Source: Octopus sinensis | Taxonomy: Eukaryota | NCBI RefSeq assembly: GCF_006345805.1 | Contig: NW_021824002.1 | Location: forward strand, 1 to 20,605 | Direction: 5' to 3' | DNA: 20,605 nucleotides | Part shown: positions 9,933 through 18,617 of the stretch, in pieces | Numbering within the stretch: the first letter of the stretch is position 1 | Layout: each line of letters starts with the position of its first letter | The notes under the pieces: generated by a model | What the model saw: the letters and a program-made list of their open reading frames with translations, nothing else | Database searches by the model: none | What the model was told of the DNA's origin: nothing | Position numbers and translations under genes: made by a program

Positions 9933-10026
9933 TATCATCATCATCATCATCTTCATCGTCGTTGTCGTCGTCATCAGTAGTGGTGTTAGTAGTAGTAGTA
10001 GTTGTTGTTGTTGTAGTAGTAGTATT
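9895..10026. repeat. (ATC)n/(GTC)n/(GTA)n trinucleotide cluster
   Basis: Directly visible. Confidence 0.95.
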
Positions 10027-10288
10027 AAGGCGGTGAGCAGATAAAATCGTTAGCACACCAGGCGAAATGCTTAGCAGTATTTCGTGTGCCGGTACGTTCT
10101 GAGTTCAAACTCCACTGAGGTCGACTTTGCCCTTTCATCCTTTCGGGAGTCGATAAATTAAGTACCAGTGATACACTGGTGTAGATAAATCAAGTACCGG
10201 GGAAAGAGTGGAGAGCCGATGTAATCGACTAATCCACCCCGACCACCAGAAATTTCAGGCCCGTTGTGCCTATAGTAGAAAAGATTAT
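10027..10288 (+). mobile_element. SINE family E monomer with an internal partial duplication
   Basis: Family E head and tail; the GATAAAT(T/C)AAGTACC segment occurs twice (about 10151 and 10184). Confidence 0.85.
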
Positions 10289-10772
10289 CCTCCTCCTCCT
10301 CCTCTCCCTCGTCGTCGTCGTTTTCCTCCTCATTTTTATCTTAGGCACACCGTTCAGTTTGCGACACTCCCTTCAACAGCTGTTAGAAAGAGAAGACACC
10401 GATTTCGGCACTTTCCGACATATGAACCGTTCCCGCCATATGAACCATGCAGTATTGATGGTAACAGGGAATGGTCCATATTTCTTTTGGGCTCACACTG
10501 TATAATTAGTGTAATCTATCCCCTCCTTCATCCATGCAAGCCATCACAACGAACAGCTTCAACTGTTATAACTCCAGCAAGAATTTTCTGTTAACTACTT
10601 CCTAGGATGTTATTGTTCCTCTTAGCTTTGGTCTTTGACTCACATGCTTCGACTATTTCTTTGACGAACCATTTTCTATCTCCCTCACTATTTAATGAAT
10701 TTATGCTCTGAAATTCTTCATAGGTGCAGCCCCATCCATGTACAGTACAGTACATGGATCTAAATATAAATG

Positions 10773-10827
10773 GTACTCCGTCTGTTACGACGACGCGTAT
10801 TCCAGTGGATCCGATTATTGGAACAAC
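10773..10827 (-). mobile_element. Isolated 3' tail fragment of SINE family C
   Basis: GTACTCCGTCTGTTACGACGAC...GATCCGAT aligns with 4935-4990. Confidence 0.65.
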
Positions 10828-10972
10828 ATTTAAAATAATAACTATACTACGTTAACTATATATATTAATAATAATGAAGCAAATACATCTTCATATTTTG
10901 AGAAACTAATATGCAGCAAGTAATGTTATCAAACCGTTATGCAAAAGGTACAAAAGTTAAACTTTACTATAC

Positions 10973-11155
10973 ATAGGCACAGGAGTGGCTGTGTGGTAAA
11001 TAGCTTGCTTACAACCACATGGTTCCGCGTTCAGTCCCACTGCGTGACACCTTGGGCAAATGTCTTCTACTATAGCCTCGGGCCGACCAAAGCCTTGTGA
11101 GTGGATTTGGTAGGCAGAAACTGAAAGAAGCCTCTCGTATATATATGTATGTATG

Positions 11156-11236
<81 letters not shown>

Positions 11237-11440
11237 ATGTGCTTGTCACCCCAACATCGCTTGACAACCGATACTGGTGTATTTACGTCCCCGTCACTTA
11301 GCCGTTCGGCAAAAGAGCCCGATAGAATAAGTACTAGGCTTACAAAGAATAAGTCCTAGGCCCGATTTGCTCGACTAAAGGAGGTATTCCAGCATAGCCG
11401 CAGTCAAATGACTGAAACAAGCAAAAGAAAAAAGAAAAAA
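10973..11440 (+). mobile_element. SINE family B, full length, with internal (TA)n(TG)n
   Basis: Aligns with 688-1140; A-rich tail. Confidence 0.92.
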
Positions 11441-11647
11441 TACTTAAAAATCAATAAATTTTTTCCTTCCCAGTACAATCAGCAAAATTATTTCTATACC
11501 CATTACGTTAAAATGCAAAAATTTTTAACTACCTCAGCTTAAGCATCAACGTACTTTAGTAAACCAATAATGTATATAGTTAATTAAATCAAAAATAATT
11601 TAAATAAAATTTTCCTTTCAAAATTATCCTGTTCTTGAAATTAACTT

Positions 11648-11898
11648 GCAAGTGGCTGAGCACTCCACAGACACTCGTACCTTAAATATAGTTTTCAAGA
11701 AAATTCAGCGTGACACAGAATGTAAAATAGCTGGCCCTTTTAATTACAGGTTCAACTAATTTTTGCCAGTTGTGTGGACTTGAGCAACGAGAAATAAAGT
11801 GTCTCGCTCAAGGACAAACATGACGCCAGAAATCGAACTCATGATCTTAACATCGTGCGCTGAATACTCCCTCCCTAACCACTAAGACACGCGTCTAC
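11648..11898 (-). mobile_element. Hybrid SINE: family A-type head and body with a family C-type tail
   Basis: About 11755-11898 aligns with family A (TTTTTGCCAG..GTGGACT..GAGCAACG..AAATCGAACTC..CCTAACCACTA). About 11648-11755 aligns with the family C tail (GTGGCTGAGCACTCCACAGACAC..CAGCGTGACACAGA). Confidence 0.8.
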
Positions 11899-11922
11899 AC
11901 ATCTAATTATAAACTTGGGATT

Positions 11923-12354
11923 TTTTCGGTTTGAACGGCAGTTTTTAAAATAATTTCCACGTAACTAAACACTTTTAAACTTCGTATACTGGTAGAATGT
12001 GTTTATAAAACATCTTTTTCTTTTGACTTTATTGAGAAAATTCTATAGTTTGTAAGATATTTGTTGGGTTTTTTTTCTTCAGTTTCTGCAATTTCAACTA
12101 ATCAATGGCGTCTATTGAGGTGAAAACATTCTGTGCCGTATGAATATGTCCATCGTTTAAGAAACAGATAGGGTTTATTTACATTTGTGAAGAAAAAAGA
12201 TACCCTTCCCCCACGCCTAACCCTAACCCTAACTAACACTAACTAACCCTAACCCTAAAACAGATTGAAATGCAACAGATCGATACTAGGGACGTAATTA
12301 TGGGTGACAATTTCATATGACATCGCTAGAAAAAACTGCCGTTCAAACCGAAAA
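11923..12354. mobile_element. MITE with 24-bp perfect TIRs and internal CCCTAA repeats; superfamily undetermined
   Basis: TTTTCGGTTTGAACGGCAGTTTTT (11923-11946) is the exact reverse complement of 12331-12354. Imperfect (CCCTAA)n at 12216-12258. Confidence 0.85.
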
Positions 12355-12879
12355 TAATACAAAACTAGCGACATATCAGTCTACTGGAAGCACTGTTCGG
12401 AGTGCCACCTTCGTGCCTCATGTAATTCTCTAAGCCCTTCATCTTTTAGGCTCCTCTTTCATATACTCACTCCATACAGCTTTACTAAAATCACTGTTAA
12501 TTCATGAACTAGAACATTTGTGTCAAATCTCACCATGGTACAATATCAGTGCGTTACGCCATTACAGCAAGATGGCTTGAGAACACGAGAGCTTCCTCCA
12601 AATCCACCTGCACTGTCTAACCATTAACGCCACACAGAAGGTATTAATTTTAAGTTTGTTTACGAGAGGGAAATGGGAATGTATCGCATATGATTTTTTT
12701 TCCAAAACATTAACGCGGTAAATGAAGAGAACGAGGTTTTGTGCGCGCGAGTTTCTGCGTGCTTGCGTGTATACAAGCATTTTATGTATGCATGTATGCA
12801 TGTATGTATGTCTGTCTGTATGTATGTATGTATGTATCACAGAAACAAAACTTGATATTGCACAACGTGATATATTACG

Positions 12880-13080
12880 AAGCTATTAACATATTGTTTC
12901 TCATCGTTTGATAACAGGTGTTGATTTGGTTTTGCCGCTGTAAGTTAGCGGTTGGGCAAACAGCGAAGACAGGATATATATCACACATAACATAAATACT
13001 GCGGTAGGTTTGATAGAGGAAGCTCTTGAACGCTGTGCTTCCGTATGGCCGCAGTCCAGTGACTAGAGTCAGCAAAAGCG
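12880..13080 (+). mobile_element. Old, highly diverged family B-like SINE tail
   Basis: TTGATAACAGGTGTTG..GTAAGTTAGCGGTTGGGCAAA and ..GTATGGCCGCAGTCCAGTGACT align with the B tail; preceded by a (TGTA)n tract. Confidence 0.55.
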
Positions 13081-13157
13081 TAAAAGATTATAAGTTAGTA
13101 AAATTTCAAAATGCATCCATTTAATTATCATGCACTCAGTATGATTACAATGGAACG

Positions 13158-13723
13158 AAGGCAGCGAGCTGGCAGAATCGCTAGCGCGCTGGGCGAAATG
13201 ATTATCGGTATTTCGTCTGTCGCTACGTTCTGAGTTCAAATTCCGCCGAGGTCGACTTTGCATTTCATCCTTTCGGGGTCGATAAATTAAGTACCAGTTA
13301 CCCACTGGGGTCGAAATAATCGACTTAATCCGTCTGTCCGTCCTTCTTTGTCTCCTCTGTGTTTAGCCCCTTGTGGGTAGTAAAGAAATAGGTATTTCGT
13401 CTGACTTTACGTTGTGAGTTCAAATTCAGCCGAGGTCGACTTTGCCTTTCAAACTTTCGGGCTCGAGAAAGTAAGTTCCAGTTGCGTACTGGGGTCAATC
13501 TAATCGACTGACCCCCTTCCCCCAAATTTCGGGCCTTCTGCCTAGAGTAGAAAGGAATCGTCAGCATGCCTGGCAAATAGCTTAGCGACATTTCGCTCCT
13601 TTTTGAGTTCTCTGTTCAATTCCCACTGTGATCGACTTTCATCCTTTCGAGGTCGATAAAATAAGAACCGGTTGAGCACTGGGGTCGATGTAATCGACTT
13701 ACTCTGTACCCTGAAATTGCTGG
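13158..13723 (+). mobile_element. SINE family E dimer (13158-13555) followed head-to-tail by a third monomer
   Basis: Three successive GTCGACTTT..CTTTCG..GTCGA..CTGGGGTC..AATCGACT units. The dimer linker is shared with 16753-17152. Confidence 0.85.
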
Positions 13724-13749
13724 ATATAACTTTATATATATAAATATAA

Positions 13750-14032
13750 TGTTATATCCTTACGCCTCCAATATCGTACAAGGGCTGATATTGTCGGTGA
13801 TAGATTGAGAATACACTGTAACAGTGTTATAACAATACAGAATAGAAACAGCGACAGTAAGAAATACGTAACGAACCAACAATCAATATTTCCAATACAC
13901 TAACTCGAACTGTAAACTGTACCTGGACTTCGAAGACCAAACTACGAGCTACTGACTATGTCAGACCGCCACAATTATTATGTAGTAGTCCCGTTTATTC
14001 TCGTCAGACGCTGTCGTAATCTCGCCACAACA
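13750..14032 (-). mobile_element. 3' LTR of a Gypsy retrotransposon
   Basis: On the minus strand it starts TGTTGTGG and ends GGATATAACA. It is preceded by a G-run in the polypurine-tract position (14033-14036) and lies 65 bp after the integrase stop codon. Confidence 0.75.
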
Positions 14033-14096
14033 CCCCAACGTTTGAGATATCGAGTTCCGGACGAATAGAGAAATTTTATTTGTTAATATTATTTTT

Positions 14097-14831
14097 TTAG
14101 TATCTTTTTCGCTTGAGCCTTATTTCAAGGTTTTCGGTCTGCTTCCGTTTTCTCACGCTGGTTCTACGGGACTCCATTACTTTCCGTGCTGGGACATCGA
14201 ATACATCAAAAAATACTTCCATAGGAATTTCTCTTCTTTCTTCGGTATGTCTCTTCTTTAGCTGTTTTATGTGTCCCCTATCCCAGCGTGGTCCTTTAAT
14301 TTGATACATCACACTTCCTATTTTTGGGGTTACAAGGCCATCCTCCCAGCCTTCTTTAATATTTCTGTACGTTTTAAAATGCACTTTATCTCCTACTTCA
14401 AAATATTTCCTTGCATCTTTAGCATTTTCCTTACATCTTTTTTTTCTCCGGCAATAACTTATCAAAAATCGATTTTATTCTTCTCGCGAACATCAATTTT
14501 GTTAGTGCTTCATCATTGCTTAATTCGCTCCTAGCTTTTCTTAACGCTCTTTGAACGTGACCGCGAATCTTTCTACCTCCTCATTTGAACTCGGGTGGTA
14601 GGGTGGATTGAAGATATGCTTTATCGCATGCATTTTACAGAAGTTGTTGAATTCAACGTCAAGAATTGCGTTCCATTATCAGAAACTAACGTTTCTGGAA
14701 CACCATGTCTCCCAAACAATTTATATAGGAACATTATTGATGTCTTATCGGCTGGTTTATTGCACCTGGATACATCTGGCCACTTTGTACAGCTGTCAAC
14801 CACGATTAGATTTTAAGACACGTTCACCGGT
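14097..14831 (-). pseudogene. Gypsy integrase catalytic core and C-terminus, disrupted
   Basis: Minus strand: PVNVS*NLIVVDSCTKWPDV, LFGRHGVPETLVSDNGTQF, then after a frameshift EFNNFCKMHAIKHIFNPPYHPSSNEEVERF (D-D-E motif), LMFARRIKSIFDK, and ORF 14097-14465. Confidence 0.9.
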
Positions 14832-15359
14832 TATTGTGGATATCGCTGGCCAATAGAATATCTAATCTACAGTGGAGAAGGCTAGCCACTGGATTTGGTT
14901 AAAAAGAGACGATGAGCGATGGCTAGAAGGATATTGAGCTTAACTTCATAACCAGCTGATCTAGCAAGCGGGGCCTCATATCAGTGAGGGGGTCCGGTGT
15001 GCATTAATGCCGTCGAGAGGTAGGCCCCGAAACGGCGCGCATTCTCTCCTGATGACCCCCATACACTTACTGGCTTCCGCTATATGAGCTTTTGACTGGT
15101 AGCACTTGCATGTGCAAGTTGTTTGCAAGACATCAAAGTTCTGGAACTCGCGAGAACGTTCACAAAGCGTCTCGATTTTTGTTTCCGTTATTATTATAGT
15201 CTTGAATTTTACAGCTGGAATAAGCAGACTTCATATTTATCTGATATACCACTGTGTTCTCTTCTTTGCGGTAAACGAGAGAAGTATATTGAACAACAGA
15301 CAACGCCCCTATCTGGATTATCACTCTATTCTTTGTAAGTAAACAAGAGAAATATAACA
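14832..15359 (+). mobile_element. Solo LTR (528 bp) inserted antisense into the Gypsy integrase
   Basis: TSD CCGGT at 14827-14831 and 15360-15364. Removing it restores the frame DYAEPVNVS. Termini TATTGTGG...ATATAACA match the host LTR termini TGTTGTGG...ATATAACA except for one G-to-A change. Confidence 0.8.
14970..15060 (+). ncRNA. Hammerhead-core motif in non-canonical strand order, inside the solo LTR
   Basis: GCCG-TC-GAGAGG (15009-15020), GAAA-CGGC (15029-15036) and TCTCTC-CTGATGA (15043-15055) give complete stems III and I around a GUC site. Stem II is non-canonical; see findings. Confidence 0.55.
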
Positions 15360-15795
15360 CCGGTTCAGCATAGTCGAACCAAGGTCTAGGTTACAACCTA
15401 GACCATGGGTCCTGTTTCCGGCTACGATTGATATTTAACCGGCGGGGCTTTGGCCGCGAGCGCGCAACCTCAACAAGTTCTCACCAAATTTTCAATATCC
15501 CGGTCCATAATCGGCCAATCGATGTAGCTCTTCATCAGAGCTTTCATCCCTGACATTCCCGGGTATCCGCCGTTGAATTACTTCAATACACGTTTTTGTA
15601 ATGTAGTCAGTACTACAACTCTCTGAGCATACCATCAGAATATCGTCGATATTGAGAAGCTACTCGAATTTGTATTTTTATTCTGCTTATTTCTTTAAAA
15701 CTTCTTTCATTTTTGTAATTTATTCATCGCCCAAAGATGGCAGTTCTTGGATAACATTAGTCATAATACCTTTTATTTCATTTTCTACCTGCTGA
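15360..15795 (-). pseudogene. Gypsy pol, linker plus integrase zinc-binding region, disrupted
   Basis: QVENEIKGIMTNVIQELP ... QRVVVLTTLQKRVLK*FNGGYPGMSGMKALMKSYIDWPIMDRDIENLVRTC*GCALAAKAPP ... PWSRL..DYAEP matches the H2C2 region of Gypsy integrases. Confidence 0.88.
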
Positions 15796-16029
15796 GAGTA
15801 CCTTAGAACTTTTTGCGTTCGACCCTCGTAATCTTGTCCTGCAGTGTAAGCACTTGTGACCAAGTTTCTGACAACTATAGCATTTTCGGTTTTTAAACCG
15901 ACACTCTTTTCTGAAGTGTAGGCCTCCACATTCGTAACATGGACTAGGGGCCTGGGGGGGTTTTTTTGTGGTTGTATATTCCGGGTCGACTCTTCTGTAT
16001 TTTGCGGTATGTTTCTCCTGAATTTTTTT
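15778..16029 (-). pseudogene. Gypsy gag C-terminus with two zinc knuckles (not in the ORF track; no start codon)
   Basis: An 83-codon open frame containing CYECGGLHFRKEC-RFKNRK-CYSCQKLGHKCLHC (15939-15841). Confidence 0.85.
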
Positions 16030-16120
16030 TCACGCCGTGCTGCAGGTTTACCATGGAAAGATAGAAATAGAAAAAGAAAGACGCGGTAAGACAAAAAATT
16101 ACAATATAATGCTGCTGCCG

Positions 16121-16173
<53 letters not shown>

Positions 16174-16177
<4 letters not shown>

Positions 16178-16731
16178 GCCCTGATGCAGTACCAGGCAGC
16201 GGCTCTCATGGCTTCTGATCTTAACTGATTGGAAGCGTTATCATGTACATTGTTTTGTCTTGGTATAAAAGATGGGCTACAACAAATATTCTGCTCAATA
16301 CCACAGATTTGCTTGTCAGTTGTTTGACCTTAACCAGTTGAGCATGTCCCTTAGTGGCTGACGATATGTGCATCTCTGATCACGAGCAGAAGTAGTGGGG
16401 GAGCATCATAGCCATGTGTTGAGAGGGATTCTTTGGGGTTTGAATAATTCACCTCTGGAAACATGGGTGGTTCTTTCAACATCCTTAAACAACCCTTATT
16501 CAGGGACCTTTTGAGCGGGATGTGCTACTCAACCTGAAGAGAATTCTAACTGGGCCCCACCTGCAAGGTCATGTGCTGTTTATCTTGATATGAGATCACC
16601 ATGTCGCGCACATATGGTTGTGATGCATGTGCCTGGTGTACCCTTAACAGACGGGTAGTCATGATGGGTATATTGGGCTTCGTATATTTTACCCCAGTGT
16701 CACTTTGATGGCATGCACTGCTCTCTCACTC
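16174..16731. mobile_element. Unclassified non-coding element of about 560 bp embedded in (AAT)n
   Basis: Sharp boundaries with (AAT)n on both sides (16122-16174 and 16732-16746), higher GC than the flanks, and no ORF over 60 aa. I recall it as an abundant octopus repeat (unverified). Confidence 0.6.
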
Positions 16732-16752
16732 AATAATAATAATAATGATAAC

Positions 16753-17152
16753 AAACCTTTCTACTAAAGACACAAGGCCTGGAATTTGGGGGGAGAGGTA
16801 TAATCAATTACCACGGCTACAGTACGCAGCTGTTATTTAATTTATCTACTTCGGAAGGATGAAAGGCAAAGGCGACCTCGGCGGAATTTGAACTCAGAAC
16901 GTAGTGGCAGACGAAATACCTATTGCTTTACTACTCACAAGGGGCTAAACGCAGAGAGGACAAACAAGGACAGACAAAAGGATTAAGTCGATTATATCGA
17001 CACCAGTGCGTAACTGGGACTTATTTAATCGACCCCGAAAGGATGAAAGAAAGGCAAAGTCGACCTCGGCGGAATTTGAACTCAGAACGTAGTGGTAGAC
17101 GAAATACCGCTAAGCTTTTCGCTCGGCGTGCTAACGATTCTGCCAGATCGTC
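16753..17152 (-). mobile_element. SINE family E dimer
   Basis: The reverse complement reproduces the two-monomer structure and linker of 13158-13555. Confidence 0.88.
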
Positions 17153-17159
17153 ATCACCT

Positions 17160-17185
17160 AAATGATGATAATGATGATGAAGATG

Positions 17186-17237
<52 letters not shown>

Positions 17238-17438
17238 TTACATATTAAATTGTATTTTGACTTTACTCGTTATTTCTAGCTTTTTCCACTCAACACTTTA
17301 TTTTGGAAAAGTCCTTGTCCGAATTGTCATACAAACATGCATCATACACTTACATATATTTGTACATACATAGATGCATATACACATACATACGCACACA
17401 TTCTCTCGCGCGCGCCTGCATGCGTATATGCATATATA

Positions 17439-17469
<31 letters not shown>

Positions 17470-17563
17470 GATAGATAGATAGAATAGATAGATAGATACA
17501 TACATACATTACATACATACATACACATATACATATATATTATATGTGTGTTGTATATATATA

Positions 17564-17595
<32 letters not shown>

Positions 17596-17620
17596 TATAC
17601 ATATATTATATATATATATA
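17160..17620. repeat. (GAT)n/(AAT)n and (TA)n/(ATAG)n/(ATAC)n microsatellites
   Basis: Directly visible, with a short unique stretch at about 17240-17340. Confidence 0.9.
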
Positions 17621-17777
17621 GACGAGAGAAACAGAGGGAGATAAAACAGGAAATAATGAATGACCTCAGCATGTTATTTCAGCGATTCAGTTGGAAACTG
17701 AACTGAAGACCCCCGAACATCTGGCAATTCCGTTACAGAACTCAAACTATATTACTCCTCTTGCAATTAGAAATAAG

Positions 17778-18175
17778 AACCCCACCCCCACCACGTCCCC
17801 ACCCGCATCACCACCACCACCACCACCATAACCACCACCACGACAACCACCAAAACCACCACCACCACCACAACCACCACAACCACCATCACCACCACCA
17901 CCACACCCACAACCACCACCACTACAACCACCACCACCACAACCACCACCACCACCACCACCACCACAACCACCACAACCACCACCACCACAACCCCACA
18001 ACCACAACACCACCACCACCACCAAAACCACCACCACAACCACCACCACCACAACCACCACCACCACCACAACCACCACCACCACCACCACCACCACCAC
18101 CACCGCCACCACCACCACCACCACCATCACCATCACCAACAACAACAACATTATGGACCACCACCATTTCGGACC
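17778..18175. repeat. Long imperfect (CAC)n/(CAA)n trinucleotide repeat
   Basis: Directly visible; it is the source of the poly-His, poly-Pro, poly-Gly and poly-Val ORFs. Confidence 0.95.
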
Positions 18176-18617
18176 ACAGCCAATAATAAACTCCTGTAGT
18201 TTCGATATAAATTCTGTAACTTCGATTTATGGACGTGTTTACAGTTCGCTACGCATGCTCGCCTCCGATTGTCACGTGACTAGATTCAAAGATTTATTTT
18301 GGGGCTGTCCATCACTGTTCCAAACGGACGGTTGTGTTCCGACCTTAAAGCATTTACCATTCCCGACAACGTGACAGCCTATCCCACTTCCTTTAATTAC
18401 CTAAACGGGCTTTCACACAGTCGTATAGTAATCGCGCGCAGTCGCATATCGCCTGACAAACACTCGTGTGTCCGTCTCATAATATATTTAGTTTTTTTGC
18501 CATTTGCCATTGCTCAACTGCTCATTTGTCAAATGCATACATACTAATAATACATATACATATATATATATATATAAAATTATATATATATATATATAGA
18601 TATATATCTATATATAT

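Noticed and set aside
10644-10759. Minus-strand candidate exon (SMYCTVHGWGCTYEEFQ...) with a GTGAGT donor
   Set aside because: It contains a 10-bp inverted repeat (10734-10759) typical of non-coding fold-back, abuts a SINE fragment, and the peptide is not recognisable.
12216-12258. True telomere or chromosome fusion site
   Set aside because: The tract is short, imperfect and enclosed by MITE TIRs.
13722-13759. Inverted repeat GGATATAAC/GTTATATCC as a second LTR end
   Set aside because: The left GG belongs to the SINE tail and the rest is low-complexity AT sequence; no second LTR body is visible.
14970-15060. HDV-like ribozyme reading (P1 GGGGCCT/AGGCCCC, P2 GGGGG/CCCCC)
   Set aside because: The helix order fits, but the P3/L3 segment would be about 29 nt instead of about 13. 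The L3 motif, the P1.1 GG and a P4 hairpin are missing.
15525-15545. Other CTGANGA hits (minus 15532-15538, minus 14001-14007, plus 16358, 16534 and 17703)
   Set aside because: There is no GAAA strand or flanking stems in register; the first hit is simply integrase codons.
15720-16094. 124-aa ORF as a real protein
   Set aside because: Only its last 25 or so residues are in the pol frame. The rest is an off-frame reading of gag.
17747-18186. Poly-His, poly-Pro, poly-Gly and poly-Val ORFs
   Set aside because: All are translations of one (CAC)n repeat that is open in several frames on both strands, with no domain or splice support.
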